A DNA stretch of 64,000 nucleotides from an uncultured delta proteobacterium (GTDB lineage Bacteria > Myxococcota_A > Polyangia > Polyangiales > Polyangiaceae). Positions within the stretch are counted from its first letter, which is position 1. Every line of letters starts with the position of its first letter. This document shows positions 32,749-43,520 of this stretch, in pieces. Made by a program: the position numbers and the translations under genes. The stretch lies in assembly GCA_963696385.1 (NCBI GenBank), contig CAVOKF010000006.1, forward strand, positions 64,001-128,000. Direction: 5' to 3'. Under the pieces are notes generated by a model. It made no database searches and was not told the DNA's origin. It was given only the letters and a program-made list of their open reading frames with translations.

Positions 32749-33057
32749 ATGCGCCATCAACGGACGATCGTTTCGATGTACTTGTCAGGAGTTGCAGCCG
32801 TGGCAGCTGGCCAGGGATGCGGCGGTTCGGTTCTGATCGGCGTGGAGAACTCCAGTGCATCAAGCGCCGGAACTTCGGGCTTACCAAGCGAAGACGGCGG
32901 TTCAGGCGCCAATGGCGTCAGCGCGAGCGCTTCCAGTTCGAACGCTTCCCGATGCACTACCTCCAGCCAATGCCTCATTCCGTGCCCACTTTCAGCGGCG
33001 CCGTATTGCCGTTCCGATGGCACCTGCATATGTGCCAGCACCGGCGGGTGCAACTGA
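32749..33057 (+). CDS. Small Cys-rich putative lipoprotein
   Basis: AAGQGC lipobox-like, Ser linker, Cys cluster. Confidence 0.55.
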   Translation: MRHQRTIVSMYLSGVAAVAAGQGCGGSVLIGVENSSASSAGTSGLPSEDGGSGANGVSASASSSNASRCTTSSQCLIPCPLSAAPYCRSDGTCICASTGGCN

Positions 33058-33079
33058 CCGGTACGCCGTCGCGACTTTA

Positions 33080-33155
33080 GGCGAGTAGTTAGCCCAAAGC
33101 ACGTCGGTCGACGAAGAGCCGCGGAAGAGGGCGCGGAAACATATCGCGTCTTAGG
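33080..33155 (+). repeat. ~115-bp dispersed repeat, copy A 5' part
   Basis: GGCGAGTAG..AAAGCACGTCGGTCGACGAAGAGCC..GGAAACATATCGCGTCTTAGG; continues at 35073-35111. Confidence 0.9.
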
Positions 33156-35072
33156 CTGAAGTTCCTGAACCAAAATCGCCGAAGTTCGCGATCTTGCTGT
33201 GGAATCGGCAAAATTGACCCGAAATGTAGGCATGTACGACGATAGAAATAGCTTTCCATTATCGATTCGATGTGCATGATGCGGAGGCATGTACATCGCA
33301 ACCGTGCCGAACCGCGGCTCTCCACCGGCGATCCTGCTGCGCGAGTCGTATCGAGAGGGCGGACGGGTCAAGTCGCGCACGCTGGCGAACCTGTCGTCGT
33401 TGACGGAAAAGCAGGTGGAGGGGATGCGGCGAGCGCTCCGCGGGGAGCCCTTGTTTGGCCCGGACGGGCCGATCCGAAAGGTGCGCGACCAAAGCCACGG
33501 TGCGGTCGACGCCGTTCGGCAAGTCATTCGCAAGTTGGGGCTCGAGGTCCTCATCGACCGACAACCAAGCCGCCAGCGCGATCTGGTGATGGCCCTGTTG
33601 GTGGCGCGCATCACCGATGCCCAGAGCAAGCTCGCGACGACGAGGGCCTGGAAGACCACGACCCTGCCCGAAGACCTCGGGATCGCGGATGCGACCGAAG
33701 ATGACCTGTATGACGCCATGGATTGGCTCTTCGAGCGGCAGGACGCGATCGAGAAGAAGTTGGCGACGCGTCACCTGCGCCAGCAAGGGTTGGTGCTCTA
33801 CGATCTGTCATCGAGCTATTTTGAAGGACACCAATGTCCGCTTGCCAAGCTCGGATACAACCGCGATGGCAAGAAGGGCAAGCTGCAGGTCAACTATGGC
33901 CTTCTCACCGATGAACGGGGCTGTCCCATTGCGGTCCAGGTTTACGAGGGAAACGCATCCGATTCGACGACGCTCCTCGACCAGGTGGAGCGTGTTCGAT
34001 CCGACTTCGGGATTGACGGATTCGTGATTGTGGGTGACCGCGGGATGATCACGGAGAAACAGATTTCGTCGCTTCGCAAAACCGGTGGGATGACCTGGGT
34101 TACCGCGCTCAAGAGCGGTCGCATTCGATCCCTCGTGCACTCGGGCGTTCTGCAACTCGGACTCTTCGACGAACGCAATCTGTTTTCCGTGCGGGACCCA
34201 AAACTTGCCGGTGAGCGGTTGATCGCATGCAAGAACCACGATCTCGCACGATTGCGCGCACACAAGCGCCAGAGCCTTGTCGACGCGACACGCAAAGAAC
34301 TCGACGCGGTGCAGAGAATTGTGGCTCGCGGAAAGCTGGTGGGCAAAGCAGCGATCGGGCTACGGATCGGAAAAGTGATCAACAAGCATAAGGTGGCCAA
34401 GCACTTCTTACTCGACATCCATGATTCCACATTCGAGTATCGCCTCCGCGAGGATCGCATCGCAGAGGAGGCAGCACTCGACGGCGTATACGTGATTCGT
34501 ACGTCCTTGAGCCAAGAGTCGACCAGCGACGAACAGGCCGTTCGCCATTACAAGAAGCTCGCGAATGTCGAACGCGCATTCCGATCCATCAAGACGATCG
34601 ACTTGAAGGTGCGCCCCATTCACCACCACTTGGAAAACCGAGTCCGAGCGCACATCTTCCTGTGCACGCTCGCTTTCTACGTGGAGTGGCACATGCGCGA
34701 AGCGTGGCGACCGGTCCTCTTCTCGGACGAGGACCAGGCTGCCAAGAACACGAGAGACCCGGTCGCGCCGGCCACCCGGTCGCCCGGTGCACTCGATAAG
34801 GTCGCCACCAAGCGAAGCGAGGACGGGGCGCCCGTCCACAGCTTCCGTACCCTGCTCGCCGATCTCGCCACGATCACGCGAAGCACCTTCGCGCCCGTCG
34901 GAGCCGACAACGAAGGCCAGACTTTCACTATGCTGACCGTCCCGTCACCCGAGCAAGCGAGAGCCCTCCAGCTACTCGAAGCCATCGCCGTGTAGGCAGT
35001 AACTCAGGCCACGATTTCGACGAATCCAGGGAAAATACGCCGAATTGTGTCCCGGCGGGCGGGGAACTTCAG
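33156..35072 (+). mobile_element. IS1634-family element
   Basis: IR CTGAAGTTCC/GGAACTTCAG; 6-bp duplication CTTAGG. Confidence 0.93.
33289..34995 (+). CDS. IS1634 transposase
   Basis: YDLSSSYFEG, GYNRDGK, GDRGM, VERAFRSIK. Confidence 0.93.
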   Translation: MYIATVPNRGSPPAILLRESYREGGRVKSRTLANLSSLTEKQVEGMRRALRGEPLFGPDGPIRKVRDQSHGAVDAVRQVIRKLGLEVLIDRQPSRQRDLVMALLVARITDAQSKLATTRAWKTTTLPEDLGIADATEDDLYDAMDWLFERQDAIEKKLATRHLRQQGLVLYDLSSSYFEGHQCPLAKLGYNRDGKKGKLQVNYGLLTDERGCPIAVQVYEGNASDSTTLLDQVERVRSDFGIDGFVIVGDRGMITEKQISSLRKTGGMTWVTALKSGRIRSLVHSGVLQLGLFDERNLFSVRDPKLAGERLIACKNHDLARLRAHKRQSLVDATRKELDAVQRIVARGKLVGKAAIGLRIGKVINKHKVAKHFLLDIHDSTFEYRLREDRIAEEAALDGVYVIRTSLSQESTSDEQAVRHYKKLANVERAFRSIKTIDLKVRPIHHHLENRVRAHIFLCTLAFYVEWHMREAWRPVLFSDEDQAAKNTRDPVAPATRSPGALDKVATKRSEDGAPVHSFRTLLADLATITRSTFAPVGADNEGQTFTMLTVPSPEQARALQLLEAIAV

Positions 35073-35111
35073 CTTAGGGGCTTCCGTTGTCACCGAGCGG
35101 CGAAAGATTGG
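35073..35111 (+). repeat. ~115-bp repeat, copy A 3' part
   Basis: CTTAGGGGCTTCCGTTGTCACCGAGCGGCGAAAGATTGG. Confidence 0.9.
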
Positions 35112-35614
35112 ATGGGGCGGCGGACGCGGGCGGGGACTGAACGAAGCGCGGGGCTACGACGGTACGAACGCGGAGGGTGCCCATGGAAGCGATCTCACGG
35201 ACGATCCAGGTGGACGGTGCCGACATCTACGTCGCGGAGCGTGGGACCGGTGAGCCGCTCCTCCTGCATCACCGAACACCGCGACGACACGCGCAAGGAA
35301 GCGATCGAACACCAAGAGCTTCTTCTCGGGTCGCTTCGGGTCGGAGCTCAAATCGATTCGCCGTTCAGCGACGCTGGCCATACGGGACTGGCGCACCGTT
35401 ACCGGTCAGCGAAGACGCCGTCCGAACCCCTGCTTTCCCGACCCCGACCCCGACCCGCCAGTACGCCCGTAGCCGGACGCAATTCCTGCGGACGTCGGCA
35501 GATCGTTCGCGGAGTGCGGGCTCTGCGGAAAGCCGACCGCCACGAACGGCTCGCCCGATCGGGTCCCTCTCGTCTGCTCTCGCAGGCCCGACTCGTGCTT
35601 CGTTGCAGATCGAC

Positions 35615-36181
35615 ATGGCGCCGGGGCAGACGCGCACTCGCAAGGATCCGGCAGAGCGCGGCCACCTGCGTCTCTTCTACCGGGATTGGCGCCCTACGCG
35701 CCTCGGGCGGATCGTGAACGGAGCCTGGGCCTGGCTCTCCGGGATGGGCCTGACGTCGCAAATCTTGCTCGCACTGCAGGTGAGGGGCCGCAACACCGGT
35801 CTCGTTCGTACGACGGTACTCGTGCCTGTCGACTGCGATGGCCGGCGCTATCTCGTGTCGATGCTCGGCGAGGCTTCGGAGTGGGTGCGGAACGTCCGCG
35901 CCGCGGACGGAGAGGCCTTCATCAAGCGAGGCGCTCGCCGGCCGGTGCGACTCACCGAAGTGCCTCCTGGAGAGCGAGGTCCCATCCTCAAGGCCTACTG
36001 CCGCGTGGCTACCAGTGGGCGCCACCATTTCCCCGTTCCCGAGGACGCACCCCTCTCTGCGTTCGAGGAAATTGCCTCCGAGTATCCGGTCTTCCGCATC
36101 GACCCCGGATCGACCGTGACCCCAACTACCCAATCCCGACCCCGTGAACGCCGGCTGCCCCGCTTCCTGGCGGACCCGTGA
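35615..36181 (+). CDS. Deazaflavin-dependent nitroreductase-like (DUF385) protein
   Basis: VRGRNTG, EWVRNVRA, YPVFRI; preceded by an alpha/beta-hydrolase N-terminal stub at 35183-35275. Confidence 0.75.
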   Translation: MAPGQTRTRKDPAERGHLRLFYRDWRPTRLGRIVNGAWAWLSGMGLTSQILLALQVRGRNTGLVRTTVLVPVDCDGRRYLVSMLGEASEWVRNVRAADGEAFIKRGARRPVRLTEVPPGERGPILKAYCRVATSGRHHFPVPEDAPLSAFEEIASEYPVFRIDPGSTVTPTTQSRPRERRLPRFLADP

Positions 36182-36344
36182 CTTCAAAGACGCTGCAGGT
36201 TCCGCGCAACCCGAAGAGGTCCTCCGGACAGGCACAGCCATCGAACGTCGAGCCACCGCCTTCCGACTCGGGGCTTGGTCGCCTTCCGGTGCCGGACGGC
36301 ACGACCCCGACCCCGACCCCCGACCCTTTTTTCCCGATCCGCCG

Positions 36345-36716
36345 CTACGGCCCCATGCCCGGGTCGAAGATCGGGCGCAACTCGGACTCGCCCTCGAACT
36401 CCGGCCAGTGCTTCCGGTGGAGCTCCATGAACTCGGTCGCGACGCGGATCGCTTCGGCTTTCGAGTCCGTCTGGAGGATCGCCCAGCCGCCGATGACCTC
36501 CTTCATCTCGGTAAACGGGCCGTCGGTCACGGTGAGCTTGCCGCCGGCGAGGCGGATGCGAACGCCCTCCTTGCTCGGGAGGAGCCCGCCCGTCTCGACG
36601 AGCGTTCCGTCCTTCAGGGACTTCTGGACGAACTGGCCCATCGCCTCCATGAGCGCGCGTGGCGGCCCGGCCTTTCGATACGACTCCGCGTGGCGAATGA
36701 ACGTCAGGTATTTCAC
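36345..36716 (-). CDS. YciI/DGPF-domain protein
   Basis: TDGPFTEMKEVIGG. Confidence 0.9.
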   Translation of the reverse strand: MKYLTFIRHAESYRKAGPPRALMEAMGQFVQKSLKDGTLVETGGLLPSKEGVRIRLAGGKLTVTDGPFTEMKEVIGGWAILQTDSKAEAIRVATEFMELHRKHWPEFEGESELRPIFDPGMGP

Positions 36717-36729
36717 GGTTTCTCTCCTT

Positions 36730-37224
36730 TCAGTTGCCTCTGTAGGCGCGATCGAGCGTCGCGATGTCCAGCTTGACCATCTTGAGCATGGCGTCGGTGA
36801 CCCTCTTCGTGCGGGTCACATCGCGGTCGCGCATCATCTCTTCGAAGACCGCCGGGACGATCTGCCACCGGACGCCGAAGCGATCGATGAGCCACCCGCA
36901 CGCCTGCGCCTTGCCCCCCGCCTCTAGGAGCCCGTTCCAGTAGCGATCGAGCTCCGCCTGATCGTCGCAGCACACGACGAGCGACATGGCGTCGTTGAAG
37001 TCGTGGTGCGGACCCGCGCTTATGGCCCGCAGCCGCTGTCCGAAGAGGGTGAAGTCCACGACCTTCACCGAGCCGGCCGGTCCGCTCGGCGAGTCGCTCG
37101 GCAGCGCGGTCACGTGGTCGATCCGCGAATCTGGGAAGAGGGACGTGTAGAGCTTGGCCGCCTCCTCGGCCTCTTTCGCGTACCAGAGATGCGTCAGAAT
37201 CTTCGTGCGTCGTGCTTCTGTCAT
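36730..37224 (-). CDS. VOC/PhnB-family protein
   Basis: AEEAAKLYTSLF, CGWLIDRFGVRWQIVP. Confidence 0.9.
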   Translation of the reverse strand: MTEARRTKILTHLWYAKEAEEAAKLYTSLFPDSRIDHVTALPSDSPSGPAGSVKVVDFTLFGQRLRAISAGPHHDFNDAMSLVVCCDDQAELDRYWNGLLEAGGKAQACGWLIDRFGVRWQIVPAVFEEMMRDRDVTRTKRVTDAMLKMVKLDIATLDRAYRGN

Positions 37225-37310
37225 GACCGGCCTCCTCTCAGGCATCTTCGATCCAAGGACGAACGTGCGGGCACCGAGCCGACACGCCGGCAACGTTTTT
37301 CTCGCAGACC

Positions 37311-38213
37311 CTACCCGGCCTCCTTCCTTCGCGTCAGCCGGTCGATTTGCAGCCGAATGTGCGCCGCTTCCGCCGGGGACTTGGCGAGGGCGAGCGCGCG
37401 ATCGAACGCCTCGCGCGCCTCGTCGCGTCGGCCGAGGTCCACAAGCAGAGCGCCGCGGACGCCGAAGAAGTAGAAGTACCCGGACAGGTCCTTTGCCAGC
37501 GCGTCGAGCATCGCCAGCGCCGCGGCCGGACCGCGCAGCTTGGCCACCGCGACGGCGCGGTTGAGCGAGACCACCGGCGACGGCTGGAGGCGCTCGAGCA
37601 CGGCGTAGAGCTGTTCGATCTCCGCCCAGTCCGTGTCTTCGAAGCAGGGCGCGCGCGCATGGATCGCGGCCACGGCGGCCTGCACCTGGTACGGCCCTGG
37701 GCGGGCGTGGCGGAGTGCCTTGTCGAGCAGCGCGAGGGCCTCCGCGATGCGGTCGCGGTCCCACAGGCCACGGTCCTGATCTTCGAGGAGAACGAACGCA
37801 CCCTGCGCGTCGAGCCGCGCCTTCGATCGCGAGTGCTGAAGGAGCATGAGCGCGTTGAGCCCGAGCATCTCGGGCTCTCCCGGAAACAGTCGGAGGAGGA
37901 GCCGGGCTAGACGGATGGCTTCGTCGCACAGCGGGACGCGCACGTGGGCGCCGCCGCCCGTCGCCGAGTACCCCTCGTTGAAGAGGAGGTAGAGGACGGC
38001 CGCCACGGCCGCCAACCGCTCTGCGCGCTCCGGCGCGCCCGGCGTCTCGAAGGGGATGTCCTCCGCGGCAACGCGGTTCTTGGCCCTTGTGATCGGCTGC
38101 TCCATCGCGACGTCGGTCACCAGGAACGCGCGGGCGATCTCCGGGACGGTGAGGCCGCAGACGATCCGCAACGCGAGAGCGATCTGCTGGGTGGCGAGAG
38201 GGCGAGAATGTGC
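37311..38213 (-). pseudogene. ECF sigma factor with long C-terminal extension, N-terminally truncated
   Basis: ALRIVCGLTVPEIARAFLV, LYLLFNEGY, GPYQVQAA; region 2 absent. Confidence 0.8.
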
Positions 38214-38379
38214 GCCGTACTCGGGCTCGAACCGTGGCTTCTTGCGCGGTTCGATATGTTGTTTCGGCAAACCGAAGCAAACGCTGAAGACGAGAGACGA
38301 GTCGCGCGCGCCTGTCGAGCCGAGCGTCGCCGGTCCTTGCGCTTGATCTCGACTCACGGCACATTGGTCAGCAAGGGAA

Positions 38380-39694
38380 ATGTTCCAAAGGCGGGTGCGG
38401 GTGATCACGGCCGCGATCTGGGTCGTTGCCGCCTTGGATGAATGCGGAGGACGAGTCGAGCCGAATGGCGGCACGTCGGCGTCGGAGTTGGAAGGCGGCG
38501 TGCTCGGCCAGAGCGTGGCAGTCAGCTCGACCCAAAGCAGTTCGGGCGCCACCGAGGCCGGTTCAAGCGGTTCCTCGGTCACGATCGTTTCAGGCGTAAA
38601 CGAAGCCAGTTCAAGCGCTTCCAGTTCGAGCGCTCTCAGTTCGGGTCCGTCGACTTCGAGTCGTTCCTCCGGTCCAGCAATCATCCCACCCAGCTGCCAG
38701 GTGGGCGGGCCGGGAATGACCGATTGCGGACCCGGGGGAAGCGGCAGCGAGAGCTGCTGCATGAGCTTGGAGGTTACGGGCGGGACCTATTACCGAACCT
38801 ACGATGAACCGATCGTGTTCGGCACGCCCGACGGCGGTCCGACCCTCGCCGCCGACGGAGGTCCCGCCGGGTTGGCCGACCCGGCGACGGTGAGTGGACT
38901 GCGCCTGGACAAGTATCTCGTGACGGTGGGACGGTTCCGGCAATATGTTAGCTATTTTAACGGGCCCTACGGGGGCGCCACCCGCGAACGGCAGCGGCAT
39001 CCATACGCACTTGAGTGGGGGCCTTGGACTGGCCAACAGCGCAAGCTCGGCGACGTACGAGACGGGCTGGGACGCGGCGGACTGGAACACGCAAATCGGA
39101 GCGGGGGCCCGCGCGGCGGGCACATGGAACACGAACCTGGCGTGTGGGGCGCCGGTCTTCCTGTCCAACGACACGTGGACGAGCACGGCGGGCGGTCAGG
39201 AGAACCTTCCGATCAACTGCGTGACTTGGTATGAGGCGTACGCGTTCTGTATTTGGGACGGGGGCTTTTTGCCGAGCGAAGCGGAGTGGGAGTACGTGGC
39301 GGCGGCGGGAAGCCAGCAGCGTGAGTATCCGTGGGGCTCGACGGATCCGGGGACTGCGAACCAATATGCGATTTACCAAGACTATTATACGGCCAATCTC
39401 ACCCACATCGCACCGGCGGGAACGGCGACACTGGGAGCGGGTTACTGGGGTCAACTGGATATGGCGGGGGAAGTCTGGGAATGGGCCTTGGATTGGTACA
39501 TGCCCTACGTGAATCCGTGCACAGATTGCGCCTTTGTTCCTACATCCTCCGTACCAGGAAACCCGAACCGGGTGATCCGGGGCTGCTCCTGGGGGAACGG
39601 TCCGGCAGGCCTCCTGCTGCCCCCTTGGCGCGACCAGATCGACCCGGCGACGCGCAGCGTTTCCACGGGGTTCCGGTGCGCGAGGACGCCCTGA
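38380..39694 (+). pseudogene. SUMF1/FGE-sulfatase domain exported protein, frameshift near 38955
   Basis: LDKYLVTVGRFRQY then, in another frame, PINCVTWYEAYAFC, LPSEAEWE, DMAGEVWEW, GFRCAR. Confidence 0.85.
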
Positions 39695-40066
39695 ACGCAA
39701 TCCGCAACTGCCGTGCGGCGAAGCCGTGCTCGGCGACCTCGACGAGTCGGGCAATCTGCGGGTGGGCAGCGCGCTCACGGCGAAGTACTGACGTTCGGAT
39801 CGCGGTTGCGCGCGAGCTCTTCGACCGCATCCGGTTGGACGCGGGCTTGCCTTAGCCATCGTATGTCGGGTCCCACGCGTCGCGCCCGTCTGTTACCGTG
39901 GACAACATCGAGCATCTTGGGAGGAAAGGTCGAACGATGATCCGGACAGACACGATGGCCCGCGCGAATTGTGGGATCGCCGCGCTCCCCGCAAGAAGCG
40001 TTGCGCGCGTTTCTTCGTTGAGAACGATCATCGGCTCGGCATCGGCGCATACCGTGCCGATCGACT

Positions 40067-41206
40067 TTACGGGCTGAGGGGCATAGCGGCCGGCAAGACG
40101 CACGTGTTGCCCACGCAGGAAGGCGCTATTTCGAGAGGGCAAGCGCACTCGCCAAATGCGATTCCGCTCGTGGCCTCTTCGTAGCGAGCCTGCTCGGCGG
40201 CATTCACGGGAGAACCGCCGCAGGCGCACTCCGAGCTGCAAACCTGTCCCGTAAGGATGACGATGCAGTCGGTCGCGACGACACACGATTGATCGTAGGT
40301 CGACAGATCGATGTCGACGCACAGGCCCCCGTCTGCCGCAGGAGGCGTGGTGGCCGCGTCGGCGCAGCCCGCAGGCTGAGTGCTTCCGGCCGCGCAAAGC
40401 GTGCACTGACCGGCCAGGCAGCGGGCTTCTCCCTGGAAGGCGCACGGGCAGCTCTCCAACTTCAAGGGCGCCGTATCGGACGCGAAGCGCGCGGCCGCGC
40501 CCGCGTTGACGGGCGTATCGCCGCATGAGCACTGGCCTATGCAGACTGCGCCCGAGCGGACGAGCTCACAATCTTGATCGCTGCCGCAGGTGAGGTCCGA
40601 TGGGGCCGGTTCGAAGTCGATGCACTGCGATCCCCCGTCGGTCGTCCCCGCGTCGACGCCCGAATCGGCGGTTTTGACTCCCGAGTCCCTGTCGCCTGCT
40701 TCCTCGACGCTGCCGTCCACGACGCCGCCGTCGGCTCCACCCTCCTTGGCCAATGGGGTGCCGGAGTCGGAGCAACCCGACGGCTGATTCGTGATGTCCA
40801 GCCCGCAAAGCGTGCACTGACCGGCTAGACAACGCGGTTCTCCGTCGAAGGCGCAAGGGCAGCTCTCCAAGTTCAAGGTCGCCGTATCGGACACGAAGCG
40901 CGCGGCCGCGCCCGCGTTGACGGGCGTATCGCCGCAGGCGCATCCGCCCTGGCAGACCTGCCCCGTGCGCACGACCGTGCAATCCTGGTCTTGCTCACAA
41001 ACCAAGTCGGCCGCGGTGGCTTCGAAATCAACGCATGCGGCACCGCTGTCGGTCGTGCCGGCCTCGGCGCCCGAATCGGCGGTTTGGGGTCCCGAGTCCT
41101 TGCCGGAGGGCGCTGCTGCGCTGAAAGCGTTGCCCCCACATCCGGCGCCAAGCCACGTCACGAAAAGGATGCGAGCGATGCGGTGAAGAGTGGCGGAGAG
41201 GGGCAT
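40067..41206 (-). CDS. Cys-rich lipoprotein with three internal repeats
   Basis: LGAGC lipobox; three C..D.DC...G.VC...C.CG.P units. Confidence 0.8.
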   Translation of the reverse strand: MPLSATLHRIARILFVTWLGAGCGGNAFSAAAPSGKDSGPQTADSGAEAGTTDSGAACVDFEATAADLVCEQDQDCTVVRTGQVCQGGCACGDTPVNAGAAARFVSDTATLNLESCPCAFDGEPRCLAGQCTLCGLDITNQPSGCSDSGTPLAKEGGADGGVVDGSVEEAGDRDSGVKTADSGVDAGTTDGGSQCIDFEPAPSDLTCGSDQDCELVRSGAVCIGQCSCGDTPVNAGAAARFASDTAPLKLESCPCAFQGEARCLAGQCTLCAAGSTQPAGCADAATTPPAADGGLCVDIDLSTYDQSCVVATDCIVILTGQVCSSECACGGSPVNAAEQARYEEATSGIAFGECACPLEIAPSCVGNTCVLPAAMPLSP

Positions 41207-41441
41207 TGCCCGTGAACGGCAGCAAGATCAGCGCCACAACCTAGAGCGTCGGGAAAGAGCCTTTGAATCGTGGGTTCCCCGGCCGATGGCACAGTCGAAG
41301 TGGCGCAACATGGGCGCAACTGTCGCGGGGCTCGCCCCGTTGTTCCGTTCCGCGCGTCGTGTCGAGTGCGACGGTTTCCCACTCGCGTCGAGCGCTGTCC
41401 AAGCGGGAGCCGAGGTGATCACCCTTGCGCGCCGGGAACTT

Positions 41442-41675
41442 TTACCGTCGAAAGCGCCCGGGGGAAAAATGCCCTCGTCGACCCTCGTGAGCCCAAGCAG
41501 CAGCCGCCCAATGCCTGCCGGGCCGCTCGAGCTCCCAGCGCCCTCCGTACCACACGCGACCGCGCGGTCCCCATGCCCAGTAGCCGGGGATCCAAAAGTG
41601 ATTCGGGGACGGGCGAAGAGGGGCGACTTCCAGCCGGCGAGGGCCCCGGGGCCAGTAAGCGCCCGGGGCTACTCG
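41442..41675 (-). pseudogene. YXWGXW-repeat protein, C-terminal fragment
   Basis: FWIPGYWAW..VWYGGRW; 5' end replaced by repeat copy B. Confidence 0.65.
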
Positions 41676-41677
41676 AC

Positions 41678-41767
41678 AAGTGCGTCGGTCGACGAAAAGC
41701 CGCGGAAGCGGGCGCGGAAACATATCGCGTCTTAGGGGCTTCCGTTGTCACCGAGCGGCGAAAGATT
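41678..41767 (+). repeat. ~115-bp repeat, copy B (IS1111 target)
   Basis: ...GGAAACATATCGCGTCTTAGGGGCTTCCGTTGTCACCGAGCGGCGAAAGATT. Confidence 0.92.
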
Positions 41768-41981
41768 AGATGAACCGGTGGCGGCGCGTCCTGGACCGCC
41801 CGGCACGCCGCCCGGCACGGGTGCCGCAGCCTCGAGATCGATCGCGGGGCGTCTCGAGAGCAGCCCCCGTGCCGGTCGTCGGTCATCGAAAATAGCGACC
41901 GACCTCCCGCTGGATTATCCATCCGACACCCCCGCGTGCTCAAAGGCACAAAGCGAAGTGGGGGCCGAAGGGAGATCGATC

Positions 41982-43133
41982 ATGCGGAGCATAGGATTGG
42001 ATCTTGGAGCGCGCCACATTGCGTATTGCGAGATACGGAACGGAGAGGTCATCGATCGGACCTCTGTGAAGAGGCTGGACCAACTCAAGTCGCGAATCGG
42101 CCCCGACTGTCCACCTGCGCGGATTGCGTTTGATGCGTCGCGTGAAGGATGGCACGTGCACGATACCCTCACGTCGTGGGGGCACGATGCGAAGATGATC
42201 GATACGACGCGGGTGCGTGCGATGGGCGTCGCGCATCACAAGCGCAAAAACGATGCTCTCGATGCTGAGGCGGCCGCACGTGCCGTAGACCAAGGACGGA
42301 TCCCCGAGGCGCACATTCTGTCTCCCGCCCGCCGAGCCCTGCGCGCGCAGTTGAGCGTGCGCGGCGCGCTGGTCGAAACACGTGCGCAGTATGTGACGAC
42401 GATACGCGGGCTCGGGCGCGCGGCAGGCGTGCTCCTTCCCACATGCACAACCGAGAACTTTGTGAACAAGGTTCGCGAGAGCTCGCTCGACGACGCGACG
42501 AGCACGCTCATCGCGCCGCTCCTTGCCGTGCTCGTCGGAGTCGAAGAAGAGCTCACCAAGGTCGAACGGACGCTTTCGGAAATGGCGATGCGTGAGCCCA
42601 TCACGAAACTTCTCGCCACCGCTCCTGGCGTCGGCCTTATCGTGGCGTCCACCTTCGTTTCGGTGATCGACGAGGCGAAGCGCTTTCGCAATGCGCAGGC
42701 AGTCGGAGCGTACCTTGGTTTGGTGCCGTCGGAGTTGACGACAGGCGGACCTGAAAAGCGGCGCCTGGGCTCGATCACCAAGCAGGGCAACACGTATGCG
42801 AGAAAAATGCTCGTCCAAGCGGCGTGGCTCATCCTCAGGTCACGCGACATGGACGACCCGATTCGCCAGTGGGGCGACCGCATCGCCAAGACGCGAGGCA
42901 AGAGAATCGCCGTCATCGCCATCGCACGAAAACTCGCCGGCGTCCTCTGGGCGATGTGGCGCGACGGCACCGCTTACGATCCGGTGGGACAGGCCAAGGC
43001 GAGCGCAAAGGGCACTCGCAGAGAGGCTCGTTCGAAAAACGCGAATGCGGAGGCGCTCGAACGCTCCGCCAAGAAACTCCAACGGCGGGCTCCTCGCCGC
43101 AACAAGATTTCGGAGGACGTCGCCATGACATGA
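41982..43133 (+). CDS. IS110-family recombinase
   Basis: GLDLG, KNDALDA, PGVG, YLGLVP, ARKL. Confidence 0.95.
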   Translation: MRSIGLDLGARHIAYCEIRNGEVIDRTSVKRLDQLKSRIGPDCPPARIAFDASREGWHVHDTLTSWGHDAKMIDTTRVRAMGVAHHKRKNDALDAEAAARAVDQGRIPEAHILSPARRALRAQLSVRGALVETRAQYVTTIRGLGRAAGVLLPTCTTENFVNKVRESSLDDATSTLIAPLLAVLVGVEEELTKVERTLSEMAMREPITKLLATAPGVGLIVASTFVSVIDEAKRFRNAQAVGAYLGLVPSELTTGGPEKRRLGSITKQGNTYARKMLVQAAWLILRSRDMDDPIRQWGDRIAKTRGKRIAVIAIARKLAGVLWAMWRDGTAYDPVGQAKASAKGTRREARSKNANAEALERSAKKLQRRAPRRNKISEDVAMT

Positions 43134-43520
43134 ATCGTCACGACTGTCTCCGATGCGCCTTGAGCGCGTAGCCTAAGAGCACCCCATCTGGAGGAACGTT
43201 GAACGCGACAAATTGGTAGAAGCTCTTGCGATCTCCGCTCCGGTGGAGACGTGACTGTACTTCGTGCGAAAAATTGCGTCTCGTTCCACCGCTTCGAATC
43301 CAAATCTACGTCTCGGGCCTTGGACGCGAACTTCGCTGCCCGATGAACGTGAAGAGTCAATCGAGAGGTAGCTCGCCAAGCCGCGCGTTCGGAGCGCTCC
43401 CCTTACTGTCACCGTGCTCCGGCGCCCTCAAGCGCCGAGAAGGGAAACGTCCATTGAATTCTAAGAACCCAGCTCACTCCGAAACGAAAAAAAGAAAACT
43501 CTCTGCGCGAAAACCCTTGC
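43134..43520 (+). ncRNA. Putative bridge/seek RNA
   Basis: Position expected for IS1111; stem GAGACGT/ACGTCTC encloses target-matching segments; boundaries approximate. Confidence 0.6.

Noticed and set aside
35177..36181. Hydrolase-nitroreductase fusion
   Set aside because: Short hydrolase stub joined by low-complexity sequence; likely chance read-through
41678..41767. Repeat as part of the IS1111 left end
   Set aside because: Occurs without the IS (35073, 43811, 46224) and lies outside the subterminal IR and core
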